Below are positions 1 through 12,781 of a DNA stretch of 64,000 nt, one piece after another. Below the pieces are notes generated by a model. That model saw only the letters and a program-made list of their open reading frames with translations, searched no databases and had not been told where the DNA came from. This stretch comes from Octopus vulgaris. Its lineage: Eukaryota. Location of the stretch: contig OX597822.1 in the NCBI GenBank assembly GCA_951406725.2, forward strand, positions 7,936,001 through 8,000,000. The letters are read 5' to 3'. A program made the position numbers and the translations under genes. The stretch's first letter is position 1, and each line of letters opens with the position of its first letter.

Positions 1-29
1 ATATTGCTTAAAAATATTTTGTGCTTGGA

Positions 30-414
30 TGGAAGCACTCCGTCGGTAACGACGACGAGGTTTCCGGTTGATCCGAATCAACGGAACAGCATGCTCGTGA
101 AATTGACGTGTAAGTGGCTGAGCACTCCACAGACACGTGTACCCTTAACGTAGTTCTCAGGGATATTCAGCGTGACACAGAGAGTGACAAGGCCGGCCCC
201 TTGAAATACAGGTACAACAGAAACAGGAAGTAAGAGTGAGAGAAAGTTGTGGTGAAAAAGTACGGCAGGGATCACCACCATCCCCTGCCGGAGACTCGTG
301 GAGCTTTTTAGGTGCTTTCGCTCAATAAACACTCACAACGCCCAGTCTGGGAATCGAAACCGCGATACTATGACCGCGAGTCCGCTGCCCTAACCACTGG
401 GCCATTGCGCCTCC
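30..414 (-). mobile_element. tRNA-derived SINE, family A, full length
   Basis: Minus strand starts GGAGGCGCAATGGCCCAGTGGTTAGGGCAGCGGACTCGCGGTC...GGTTTCGATTCCC (A and B boxes). Near-identical to copies at 23110, 30436 and 49778. Imperfect TSD attttg(t/a)gcttg at 16-27 and 419-430. Confidence 0.9.
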
Positions 415-789
415 TCACATTTTGAGCTTGACTATCTGGTTCACCCGGTGCACGTTATTCGTATCTTTATAGCTATTTTTCATTAGGAAATTCTCCTGTT
501 CGTGTTCTTTCTCCTCGTCTTGTTCGTGCTCCTCTTGCTCACCCTCCTTCACCTCTTGCTCCTTCACCTCTTCGTCTTCTTGTCTTTATTCTCCTCTACT
601 ACTATGGTACTTTTTCTCTCACTGCTGGTATACGGTTCTTTACTATTTGTCTGCCACGAAACCAAATATGGGCATATCAATTCTGTGAGTTTTAACCATC
701 TTTTCCCTTTTATGCATATCAGATTGGAAACTTCATTCAACTAACCAGTCAAACATTTATGACTTCATCAGATAAGTATTTGAATAGGA

Positions 790-1098
790 ATATGTATGCA
801 ACTATGTATGTATGTCTGTCTGTATGTATGTATGTATGCATATATGTATGTATGCATGTATGTATGTATGTATGTATGTATGTATCTATGTATATATGTA
901 TGTATGTAAGTATGTACGTATGTATGCATGTATGTATGTATGCATGCATGCATGCATGTATGCATGTATGTATGTATGCATGTATGTATGTATTCATGTG
1001 TGTATGTATATATGTATGTATGTATGTAAGTATGTATGTATGTATGTATGCATGCATGTATGTATGTATGTATGCAAGCATATATGTATGTATGTATG

Positions 1099-1132
<34 letters not shown>

Positions 1133-1200
1133 TGTATGTATGTATGTATGTATGTGTGTATGTATGTATGTGTGTATTTATGTATTTATGTGTGCATGTT
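790..1200. repeat. (ATGT)n compound microsatellite
   Basis: About 400 bp of tatg/catg tetramers; this explains the HTYI/MYVC ORFs. Confidence 0.95.
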
Positions 1201-1486
1201 TGTGATAGTTTATAATGAATGGTCTTCAAAATTTCATTGGCTGGGGTTGGGAATTTGCAATAATACCAACAGGATACGAACCATGAAGTGTCGTTAACGA
1301 AAACATGCATAATAGAGTAAATACAATAAGTTTAAATTCCAAAACTAAAGCCTCCGAATATTATAATATAATATAATATAAAATAATATATGTCAACAGT
1401 GTATACGACGTAACATGATATGACAAAATATATGTGTGTGAGCCTGTATGTGTATGCTTCTGCGTATGTATAGGTATATATATATA

Positions 1487-2600
1487 CGAGAAGCGTTCAA
1501 TAAGTAATGCTCTTGACCCACTTGCATTTATTTGATCTAGCTGAAATTTTGCATGTACAATTATTTATATCTTTATAAATTAAGTGGCAAATTACAGCTC
1601 TGAACTAATTGTGGTTTCTGATTTACAGGTGTTTGAACTGAGTCAAGTGTGAAATGGAGCCTGTTGAGTGTCGAGCAGTGATCCGGTTTTTGTATTTGAA
1701 AGAACGCACACTACGGAAACTTTTGATGAAATGAAAGTAACTTATGGTGATGATTCCCCATCATATGACCTTGCAAAACGCTGGCATCGTGAATTCAAAC
1801 ATGGTCGGAACTCTGTGGAAACAGCTCTCAGATCTGGTCGCCCCCTTCTGCCATTGATGAGGCATCTGTCCGTCATGTTGAGGCTGCCATTTTGGAAGAT
1901 CGACGCATAACTATTCGCCAAATAGCCCATGAGGTCAAGATTAGTACCGGGTCTGTGGAAACTATCATTCATGACCATTTGCATATGCAAAAGGTGTCTG
2001 CCAGATGGATTCCCAGGTTGCTCACATCTTTCCAGAAGCAAGAAGGTGTCGATTGCTCGAGGATGAATTTGGAGATGTGCCAAGAAGATGAGTCAAAATT
2101 TTTCAAAAGACTGATTACACAGGATGAAACCTGGGTCCATCACTATGATCCAGAGATCAAAGCCCAGTCAATGCAGTGGACACACCGTGACTCACCTCCT
2201 CCAAAGAAGGCAATGGTGCAGCCCTCTGCTGGCAAGGTCCTGCTCACAGCCTTCTGGGACCAGGACAGAGTACTGATGACAGATTTCATGGCAAAGGGTG
2301 CCACAATTACAGGAGCCTATTATGCTTCACTTTTGAGGAAATTAAGAGAAGCTATCAAAATCAAGAGGCGGGGAAAGATCAGCAAAGGCATCCTCCTCCT
2401 GCAGGACAACGCTCCGGTTCACAACTCGCGTGGCGTCAGATCAGAAGCACAGGCGTGCGGCTATGAACTCATCCCCCATCCTGACCTTGCACCCTCTGAT
2501 TTTCACCTCTTCCCAGCCATGAAGTTGCTTTTGAAAGGAAAGCGTTTCCCAGATGATGCAGCCTTGATTTCTGAAGTTACGTCGTGGTTGGCTCGTCATG
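1487..2600 (+). mobile_element. Mariner (Tc1/mariner DD34D, irritans-like) DNA transposon, 3'-truncated
   Basis: TA followed by TIR-like CGAGAAGCGTTCAATAAGT at 1485-1505, then the transposase remnant. No matching right TIR is visible. Confidence 0.85.
1654..2590 (+). pseudogene. Mariner transposase pseudogene
   Basis: ATG at 1654 reads MEPVECRAVIRFLYLK, then after frameshifts KRWHREFKHGR..RSGRP, WIPRLLT, ITQDETWVHHYDPE, LLQDNAPVH and HPDLAPSDFHLF. A 4-aa deletion (PYSP) turns D34D into D30D. Confidence 0.92.
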
Positions 2601-2743
2601 TGGCAGATTTCTGCAACTGTGCAGACGGTTTCCATTTGTTGGAGAACATGAGTAAATGTGCAGCACATATATGTGATCAATATAAGCGAATCATTTATGC
2701 TGGTTGCTAACCGTAACAGAACTCATCGGCGGCACAATCCATC

Positions 2744-2823
<80 letters not shown>

Positions 2824-2849
2824 TTACTTATTTATTTATGCGCCCTTTA

Positions 2850-3136
2850 CAAGCCACGCCAGGCTCCTGGGCCCGGTTTCCGGGTTTCTGTGGCGTATGT
2901 GTTCCCACCACGCAGCTGGATGGGACGCCAGTCCATCACAGCGTTACTCCAGAGAGAGGAAGAGAGAGTGAGAGAAAGTTGGGCCGAAAGAGCACAACAG
3001 GGGTCGCCACCACCGGAACCTCGTGGAGCTTTAGGTGCTCTCGCTCAATAAACACACACACATCGCCCGGTCTCAATCGAAACCACGATCCTCCGACCGA
3101 AGTCCGCTGCCCTAACCACTGACCCATTGCGACCCC
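2850..3136 (-). mobile_element. SINE family A variant with alternative 3' module
   Basis: Same tRNA head (GGTCGCAATGGGTCAGTGGTTAGGGCAGCGGACT) and body, but the tail contains ctggatgggacgccagtccatc. Flanked by (TA)n on both sides. Confidence 0.8.
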
Positions 3137-3144
3137 ATACATAC

Positions 3145-3211
<67 letters not shown>

Positions 3212-3738
3212 ACATATGTATGATATACACATATATATATATATATATATATATGATACATATATATGATTTACACACAGAAGTGTATATTTATAAAAGT
3301 AAATCGGTTCGGGCGGATTTTACCGGAAATTTAAGTCGTAGAGACGTGTCAAGAATTTACTCTGAGAATTACGTTAAGTGTCCATATGTCTGTGCACTGA
3401 TTCTCCGTTTACATGTTAAAGACCTGAATCCCCTTCGCGATCGAATGTGATTTACCATACACACACACATACACACACATACGGACTCATGCACATATGT
3501 ATATATATTCCACTGATATGATCTAGAGATATTCAGTATAGATGTCACTCAGTGGTGCTGAAATGACTCAACCTTAGACTTTGATGTGTTTAGAGGATGT
3601 CAATTTCGCAGGGTAAAGAATGACTATAAGAGAGATGGAGTTCAGCAGACATGGCGGCAATGATACAGATGAGCAAATTAAATATATTAAATATTACAGC
3701 TTGGGTATGGAGTAGAAAATAAATATAATATATATATA

Positions 3739-4136
3739 CTAGCAGTATCGCCCGGCGTTGCTCGGGTTTGTAAGGGAAAGAACTATATAAGCATTTTTAG
3801 AGAGTTATAGCAAAAAAATAGCAAAAAAATGCATTAAAAATGGAAAGAAAAATGATGGTAATTTTTTTTTAAATCGTTGACTTATCGTAGACATTTCTAG
3901 AGAGTTACTTCCCTTATATAATTCGAAAAAATGCATTAAAATGGGAAAATGATGGTAAATTATTTTTAAAATCGTAGACTCATCGTAGACGCGCACTAAC
4001 ACCCAGAAGGGCTCGATATGAATCACGACTATAAGATACCCGGTTTTGGTTAAACTGCACCGCAAAATTTGGGAGTAGTTAGGAATCTAAATCGTAGGAG
4101 ACAGACAGCACACAACCTCACTTTTATATATAAAGA
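3739..4136 (-). mobile_element. Non-autonomous Helitron (~400 bp)
   Basis: Minus strand begins A|TCTTTATATATAAAAGTG and ends CCCGAGCAACGCCGGG (hairpin) CGATACTG CTAG|T: 5'-TC, 3'-CTAG, subterminal hairpin, AT target site. Internal ~105-bp duplication. Confidence 0.85.
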
Positions 4137-4452
4137 TATGCATGCAAAGCGAGAGATATTTTATATATAAAGTAGAATATTTCCGTATTATTTTCCATTC
4201 AGATTTGGTCTCCGACACGAGAACGAGAAATGTTAACGACCAATATTTTTACCTGTCTGTGATATTATAACCAGAATGCCATTAGCATCGAAGGAAAGTT
4301 TGTGTTTAGAACTGAGTATATTTTTTGGAGGAACCACTTTCCTTACCAGAATTCGAAGCAAACTTATTTTGAAAGTAATCAGAACTTGCACAAATGTCTT
4401 TAATATCTTTCTAAACACGATACAACCTCAGTATACACGCAGATACATACTG

Positions 4453-4857
4453 CTTTTCTTTTACTTGTTTCAGTCATTTGACTGCGGCCATGCTGGAGCA
4501 CCGCCTTCAGTCGAGCAAATCGACCCCGGGACTTATTCTTTGTAAGCCCAGTACGTATTCTATCGGTCTCTTTTGCCGAACCGCCAAGTGACGGGGACGT
4601 AAACACACCAGCTTCGGTTGTCAAGCAATGCTAGGGGGACAAACACAGACACACAAACACACACACACACACTCACATATATATATATATATATATACGA
4701 CAGGCTTCTTTCAGTTTCCGTCTACCAAATCCACTCACAAGGCATTGGTCGGCCCGAGGCTACAGCAGAAGACACTTGCCCAAGATGCCACGCAGTGGGA
4801 CTGAACCCGGAACCATGTGGCTGGTTAGCAAGCTACTTACCACACAACCACTCCTGC
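4453..4857 (-). mobile_element. SINE family B, full length, internal CA/TA microsatellite
   Basis: Minus: GCAGGAGTGGTTGTGTGGTAAGTAGCTTGCT..GGTTCAGTCCCACTGCGTGGCATCTTGGGCAAG..GACTGAAACAAGTAAAAGA. Matches copies at 32041, 39545 and 59953. Confidence 0.9.
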
Positions 4858-5329
4858 TTGTATGAGTTCCAAATTAAAAATCTACAATATAGATTTCCAT
4901 TATTTCAACCGATCACATATTTCATAGATGATAACAATGTAATTCCTAAATATCAGAATAATCCGATCGTAATATTGGAAATTCATTGCCGAAATATATT
5001 TGTCCAAATCTGTTAAAGCACACAATCTATGGATACCTTCCCTTCTGTATCTTAAGTAATGTTAATATCTAGATCATATTTTGCCGGATTCTTAAAACAA
5101 CTGTTATTCTCAAAATAACTCCTGTATACATTCTCTGTAGAACTCATTGCACTCTTGTAATTAATATGGGCAAAAGAATACTTTGTGAATTATAAATTTC
5201 ATCAATAGTGTCATTGTTTAAGTTTTACCAAGCAGTGGCATTCACTTACATGTGAAATTTCGAAATCAGTAAAACGTAAGCGTATCCAACGTATACGAAA
5301 GGAAGGGTCATTTTACTTATGTTTGTTGT

Positions 5330-5600
5330 TTGTTCCTTCTCGAGCCATGCCTGGCTCATAAGGGCCGATTTCCCGGTTTCCTTGGTGTATAGGTTCCCCA
5401 CCTGGATGGGACGCTGGTCCGTTGCAGGTGAGCTTCAAAATACAGGAAGAAAGAGTGAGAGAAAGATGTGGCGAAAGAGTCAGCAGAAGTTCGCCATTAC
5501 CTTCAGCCGGAGCCGTGTGGAGATTTAGGTGTTTCGTTCATCAACACACATACCGTCCGGTCTGAGATTCGTACCCGCGATCCCTCGACCACGAATCCTC
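5330..5600 (-). mobile_element. SINE family A variant (alternative tail), diverged
   Basis: Shares cctggatgggacg and gagtgagagaaag..tttaggtgtttc with the 2850-3136 copy. Confidence 0.7.
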
Positions 5601-6299
5601 CACATTTTACTTATGTAATGCATGATCAGTAATTTTATTTCCTCTCAACATGAAAAGTTGGTTACGTAACATATTTATGACAAAAGACAGAAAATGTCAT
5701 TGTCACATTATTAAATTTTTTTTTATCATTTATGCATTGCAAAATAAAATACATGCTGGAAGGTCTGACAGTATTAACACGAAAAATACATTTGACTAGG
5801 ATGCGAAACATAAAAATAAAAACATTCCGTTGTAAAAACGCACACTTATATAACAATATACATGCCATTTTTACTATAAATACAGAAATGTATGCAAAAA
5901 TTTAGTGTCATAAAGGCAAATATCCTATTGACTATGGCTTTGCAATCACGGTCGTGATATCGTGGTTTCATTTCTTGACTGGGTGCTGCGTTCTATTTTT
6001 CAGCAAAACCTTTCATCTCACGTTACTCAGCGATCGCTTAGACACCAGATATGGAGTATGCTGTGCATCTGTTAAGAGAAATAAAACTTGATGGCACAGT
6101 GAGCACTTACATTTGATCCCCACAGAAGAAGCCGTTTGTGTAGGTTGTACAACAACAAATTGCAAAACCGTCTTTCTCAGACTACTTGAGACTACAAAAA
6201 GGTTCTTCAGTATACCTACAACGAAGAAGACGCAATAAAAAATTCATAAAATATAGTGATTAAAAGGCATATATGAATGTGTATGTGCGTACACCTATG

Positions 6300-6348
<49 letters not shown>

Positions 6349-6369
6349 CACAGAAACACACACACACAA

Positions 6370-6412
<43 letters not shown>

Positions 6413-6483
6413 TAAACATATATATATATAAGTATATGTATATATATATGAATATATGTATACATATATGTAAACATATAGCG

Positions 6484-6587
6484 TAGTACTTGTTCTACCG
6501 GTCTGTTTTGCCGGACCACTTCGTTACGGGGACGTAAACAGACAAACATCGGTACCAAGCAATGGTGGGGGACAAACACAGATACAA

Positions 6588-6600
<13 letters not shown>
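6484..6600 (-). mobile_element. SINE family B internal/3' fragment
   Basis: gttacggggacgtaaaca...ggggacaaacacagatac matches the family B body. Confidence 0.75.
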
Positions 6601-6646
<46 letters not shown>

Positions 6647-6651
<5 letters not shown>

Positions 6652-8770
6652 AGGAGTGGAGGTCTGGTAATAACTTTCTTCTGCGCATGTGCGAGTCAGT
6701 GTTGTATTTGGCACTGATTCGGCGATGACGTGCTTTTGAAGTCGTCTCGAATTGAAAAAATTTTGAAGCTCCACTGTAAGGTAGGATTCTTGCTTTGGCG
6801 TCTTGTCGGGTTTTCTTTGTTTGCGGCAACGATTTTTTTTTTGTACAACCTAGAAGTACTCACTGGATTCTGAATTCTGGTCTATCTGCTGTGGAGCGAA
6901 TATTTTTTCTCCTTTAATTGTGAGAATTGTTGCTTGGAGGCATATCGTGCCTATTAAAAATTTGTTCACTTTTTGCGAATATTTAAGATAATTGTGAAAA
7001 TTCCTATTTTGGGGGAGTGCTTTTCTCTCCGAAGAGTGAACAACTTGTATACAATTTTTTGTGTATGTTGTGTTCCAGATGTGGTGTTCCGGGTTCAACC
7101 TTGGCCGGGCCTACCTAGTGGCCGGAAGACATTTTTGCTGTGATTTTGAACAATTGACTCACTTTCATCTAAACTTTTTTGACTTTCTTTTTCGTGAATT
7201 GTTTTCCTTTCTCTTCTTTCCATTTTATTGTGTCTTTCCTTTGATTTCTATTTTCTTCTCTCTTTTTAAGTTTTATTTTGAACTATTTTCGAACTGTTAT
7301 AGAAAACAAGAAAACATGGTAATGGCAAAAGACAATGTTTTGGAATGGGAAATGATACCACGCAAACAGTGGTTGAAAGACCGTGTAGATAGGACAGTGG
7401 TGTTGAGGACCTACTCCAAGTCATTCGACACCATCACCCTATTCGATAAGACTGTAATTGAAAATGTGTCGGCAGAGTGTTTGCCAATTATTAATTTCAT
7501 TTCCAGGGGTGTCAAATACGCAACGGTGTGGTTGTTATTTGACATCCCTGAAGGGGCTCACAAATATGCGAGTCAGCCTTGGAGGGCAAGGAAATTTAGT
7601 TTCTTCCCACGTATTGTGGGAAGAGGTTGACAAGAGCTAGGGTCTGCGGGTTGCCACCCAGAAAAAAACCCGCGTGGATAGAGGAGACTATCCGCCGGGG
7701 TCTAGATGGCAGCGGATCCAAGCTCCTTAACGTGTAAGTTTTTTATGCGGCTGATTGGGTTGAGTCAAAAGCTGTTTTGACTCGTTGGACCCAATCAGCC
7801 AATTTGGTTTTCCAGACTTTTTGAAAATGGTCGGGTGCAAGTACCCGGTGATTCTTAAGGGTCGCCCCCACCCTCTCAGGTGTCATCGGTGCCTGGAGCC
7901 TGGCCATATAAAGGAAAACTGTCCCCGGGAACAAAGTAAGGTCCTGGAGCAGTTGAGCGAGACCTCTGTAGAAGAGGGAATGAAGGCGGCCGATGAATCG
8001 GAGGATTCCTCAAAGAGGGTCAGCAAGAGGAAGAATGTGAGCGATAATGGGTGCTCACCGAAGGATCATAGGGATGAGGAAGGGGATGCGAATCTCCCAG
8101 TCACGAATGAGACGCAACCTCCCACAGTTGAATAGAAAAAACATGAAGAAGAAGAGGAACGGGATATTGCCGACAGTCGGTGATATAGTACTGGAATGTC
8201 CCGGAACCTCGTCGGTTGGGGTTGTGCCACCGGCAGGGAAAGAGACACCGTTGGCGGGAAGTGTTCCGCCAAAGGTAGAATTGTATATCCCGCCCCCGGA
8301 GGAAGACGAATTATTGGTCTTCTATAGAGGCAGAGATGTTGAAAAGGTGGTGGAAAAGCACCATAAGAGAGCACGTTTAGCCTGCCCAAAGGATCCCGAA
8401 TGGCCTCCGCAGATAACTGTGGAGGTCATAATGTTGGACGTGACGTATAGGCTGGTGGTACTCAATGAGAAATATCACTTGTACCCGTGCGATGCAGACA
8501 TGACACCCGCTTTGATCTTGAATGAGGCGTAGTTGATGGCAGATGATGCGGGCACAAGCGATGTTGAGGAGGAATATGGATAAGAGGTTGAAAAGCCTAG
8601 GTGTTATTGAAAGTACTTTTTGTTATTAAATATTGTGAACAGTGTAGAGGTTTGTTGCCTCATGAACAATATACAAGAGATCAATGTCCTCGGGAAAAGT
8701 CGATCGGCGGGCGTAGTTTATTCCCCCGAGGTTGGGAAGCAAGCTTCTTACCACATATCCACTCCTGAGC

Positions 8771-8773
<3 letters not shown>
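6647..8773 (+). mobile_element. ORF1-only non-LTR-retrotransposon-derived element bounded by inverted SINE-B heads
   Basis: GC-richer ~2.1-kb block between (TA)n tracts with a T-rich 5' UTR and an ORF1 remnant. No ORF2. The ends 6647-6681 and 8730-8773 are inverted copies of the SINE-B 5' end. Confidence 0.65.
7316..8532 (+). pseudogene. Gag-like/ORF1 protein with CCHC zinc knuckle (Tx1/L1-type ORF1), disrupted
   Basis: MVMAKDNVLEW..RTVVLRTY.., then ARVCGLPP, then ILKGRPHPLRCHRCLEPGHIKENC (CX2CX4HX4C) and an acidic low-complexity tail. Several frameshifts and stops. Confidence 0.75.
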
Positions 8774-8816
<43 letters not shown>

Positions 8817-8926
8817 TTACATTTGTGTATATATATATGATGCATATATATATACATATATATATATATACATATATATATATACTTACATCTATGTATA
8901 TATATGGGTATATGTATGGATGTATG

Positions 8927-8980
<54 letters not shown>

Positions 8981-9628
8981 CCAGACACAGAGAGAGAGTG
9001 ATGGAGAGAGAGAAAAGAAGGAGGAGAGAGAGAGGGAAAGTTATCGTTCGAAACATTTTGGTCCAGAAAAAGTCAAACTTACGAAGTTTTGCAATGTAAA
9101 GTAATGCGTATAGAAAACTAACAACAACATGATATTGTGAGGTTTCCTGAAGAATAATTTAACAACGCCTGTTATCTCTGGTAAGTTATGCATTATGAGA
9201 GAAATATAGTTAAAATATCAGTGGATCTTACGTCTATTTAGCTCTCCTTGAACGGATTACGTCAATCCTTTCTCGAAAGGTTTTGCTATGTTACTTCTAC
9301 TACTACTCTAGAATTAATGTAGCTTTTACTATGATTGATAACAATACACTACCCTGCACCAATCTGGAGATAGCTGATGTTTATTATGACTGTACCAGTA
9401 TATACTGAGAAGAGATTTAACAGAAATCCTTGCTTGTCACTCAGGTAGACATACAGTTTAATGATATTTCTCTTTGTAAGTCTATTCAGGTATCTTACAC
9501 GAAATCAAATGAATTATTATATAATCGCTAAGGTGACACTTGAATTTGTTGTTTATTTAGTTATTTAGATATTTCGCTTCATATAATACCGAGGAAATCT
9601 TTCTATAGACATGCATTATGTATGAGTG

Positions 9629-9688
<60 letters not shown>

Positions 9689-10197
9689 TACAAACACATT
9701 TGTGTGTGTGTCTGAGTGTCTGTATGTGTAGGAATAGCGAGGTAATAGATAGATGGATAAATAGATAAATAAAGATGGTGATATGTGCATTCGGTCAGCC
9801 TGATAAAGGAGTAAAGTAATGAAATGAGAAACTGTTGTCGCTGCAGAACCTTATAAGAATGTATATTGATATTTTATGAAGGACTTACGTATTCTTTTCC
9901 AGTTTTTTCCCCAATAGGAATATTTCTCATTGATTTGTTATTTCATAGACTTTGATCGCATTCGTTCAGCATTTTTGTATAATATCCTCAAATAAATTAC
10001 TGTCTCACACTTTTTAAGTCTAATTACGGTCTCGAAAAGCGTTAATTTGTTTAATGTATAATTATTTCCCTCGCAGTGTTACGGCAAGACGAAAATAATC
10101 ACATTGGGAGAAAGCCTGTCTATTATAAGATTGATCCGAGCTCTTTGTGTGTCAGCTGTTGTGACACCAGACTTAATACTCTACCTATATATATATA

Positions 10198-10668
10198 TAA
10201 GTAAGGAAAAATTTTTTTTTAAATGCAGAATGCTCAAATGAAAGAAAATTTTAATAAAATGAGAAATTGATAAAATATATAAATATATATTTATTCAACC
10301 GGTTTTCGTCATTGTATGACTTGTCAAGAATATTTATGTTTAAAAAATTTTTTTTTTAAATTAGAAAGGGGAAAAAAAGAAAATTGCATTGTTTTTTGTA
10401 AAAGAATAATGATAAAAATGTACAAAAATTAAAAACTAAGTTCTCCGATACATTGTGAGTTCGTTGTGTATCTTGAGTTTTATGGTTGTTTACGAAAAAA
10501 TTACCTTGAGGTGTTAAGATCCAAAGGGATTAAGAGCATGTGTTGTGTTGTTAAATTCAGCATGTTTGCAGGACAGGAAGTAGTAGTAATTGTAATCAAT
10601 TTCTCATTTTATTAAAATTTTCTTTCATTTGAGCATTCTGCATTTAAAAAACAATTTTTCCTTACTTA
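10198..10668. repeat. Inverted repeat (~73-bp arms), probable inverted PLE pseudo-LTR remnant
   Basis: taagtaaggaaaa..gagaaattgat (10198-10271) vs atcaatttctc..ttccttactta (10595-10668). The spacer encodes LIPLDLNTSR* on the minus strand (PLE-like C-terminus) and a decayed HHR-like CTTGACAAG-TCAT-ACA-ATGA-CGAAA. Confidence 0.7.
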
Positions 10669-12249
10669 TCATTTCTCCACGTGCGGTCAACACAACCCCA
10701 CCATTTATTGATCTATATATATATATATATATAATGTTTGTGTGTGTTCGGTTTCTGTGTTTATAAACTACAGACTGCCTATATGGTTTCAGAATGTCTT
10801 CATAATATATAGCTCATAATAAAAGTGGTGTGTTGACAAAATCTTTAGGGCTTTGTATAAAATGCTTGGCAGAATTTTTCGAAAGACGTTACGTTCTGGG
10901 TTCAAATTTCGACAGAGCCAGATTTGCCTTATGTGAGTCTTGGATCAATAAAATAGAGAAACAGTGAAATCTTTAGTCCAATTTCATCGTTCTAAACTTG
11001 CTGACGTTACGTCAATATCTGAAAGATTGCTTTCATTCTATAAAGTGATTCTTTCTTCGTCAATATAAACCTCTACTTGCATATCTTCCACTTGTAATGA
11101 ATATTCAATATTCAATACATATAATGATACTGAGCGCAAGTCTGCATTTGGCTTCTACAAATATATTATTATTAGTTTTCGTCTAAATCATCAACATTGG
11201 TGCAATATCCATAAACTGATTATTACGTAAAAATATTTCAAACATAATGAATATTATGAAAGAGAGTTAAGTTATGGTTGGTCACCATTATTAAGAAACA
11301 CATTTATTTAAAGTTTTTAAATAGTTGAGAAGTATCGTAACTGTAATTTATAGCAGACAAGAAACCTTTTGTTTTATTTGCATGTTTACTAAAACGTGTT
11401 ACTAACTGATTTCTTTTTATTTTATTAATATTATATTAATTTGGAAGATATTTCTTTAATTTTTTTAGTCTGTTCAAATTCAATTATTGCATTTTACAAG
11501 AATCGCATTAGTGCCAAATAATTAAAAATTTGATATTTTTATACTTATTTTTGAATATTTCTAAGAATTTAACTAATTGCATTTATTGAAAATTATTGTT
11601 TACTTTGGAACTAACTATTCGTTTAATGGTGTTGTTTATTATACAATTATAAGAATAAAATCGGTTCTTTTATTATCTTTGTTTATTAATAAATTACTTG
11701 ATTATGTATATGTGATGGAGCCAATAGTTTTCTAGCAATTTGCGATATAATAATAAAACATTCAAACTGTTTGAATAAAGATATTAACGTTCTTAGGAAA
11801 TGTAATAGATGTCTGGTAAGTTCGACAAATTTTACATATTTACTCACACTCGATTACTTACAAATGTATATATTACATCGAGGGCACAGGTAATGTTTCT
11901 CTATATCTACATAAAGGCCCGAGCTTAAATGGAAAACGTTGTCGTCTCATGAACATTAGGTCGCATATTTATCCTTTTGACATAATTCATCATACGCATA
12001 GACAGGCTGCAAATTCAACTTTTATTTATTGCATTGTATAAATATATTCTACCGCAAAGTGTATAGCCACTTCAACTTCCGTGTATAAGACGTTTCGGTA
12101 GATCAGTTATGAGATTGCCGAAAAGTTGTATGACTCTCTACGACTACATAGTGACAAAAATCTATTTATGAAAGTATGGTTCAGAGTATGAAATCAAGTC
12201 AGTCTTGACAAATATGTGGCTACACACACACATACATATACATACATAC

Positions 12250-12283
<34 letters not shown>

Positions 12284-12311
12284 ATACATATATATGTATA
12301 TATATATATAA

Positions 12312-12568
12312 GAGACCCCCTTCGGTCATGAATGAACATGGGATTGCACCTAGAAAGTTACCCTCCTAGACACAAGTCCGGGCAAGGTTGTTTATGGAAG
12401 ACCAGCAGTCGCCCATGCATACCAGCCTCCCCCTCTCCACGCCACCAGTGTTATCCAAGGGAAAGACAAAGGTCGATACAGCTTGGCACCAGTGACGTCG
12501 CAACTCATTTCTACAGCTGAGTGAACTGGAGCAACGTGAAATAAAGTGCTTTGCTCAAGAACACAACA

Positions 12569-12569
<1 letters not shown>
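12312..12569 (-). mobile_element. SINE family D fragment, 5'-truncated
   Basis: Minus: GTGTTCTTGAGCAAAGCACTTTATTTCACGTTGCTCCAGTTCACTCAGCTGTAGAAATGAGT, a conserved SINE-core-like segment. A related decayed copy lies near 5930-6060. Embedded between TA repeats. Confidence 0.6.
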
Positions 12570-12623
<54 letters not shown>

Positions 12624-12721
12624 GTATATATGTATATATATATGTATATATATATATATATATACATATATATGTATATATATATATACCCATATCCATA
12701 TATATATATATATACCCATAT

Positions 12722-12780
<59 letters not shown>

Positions 12781-12781
<1 letters not shown>

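Noticed and set aside
78-332. Recurrent ORF MVVIPAVLFHH...ENYVKGTR (also at 23077 and 49910)
   Set aside because: It recurs because it lies within SINE family A copies, and the frames differ between copies.
749-1310. Long ORFs of HTYI/MYVC repeats, and all YIYI, VCVC, poly-S/V and poly-N ORFs elsewhere
   Set aside because: They are translations of stop-free microsatellites with no protein signal.
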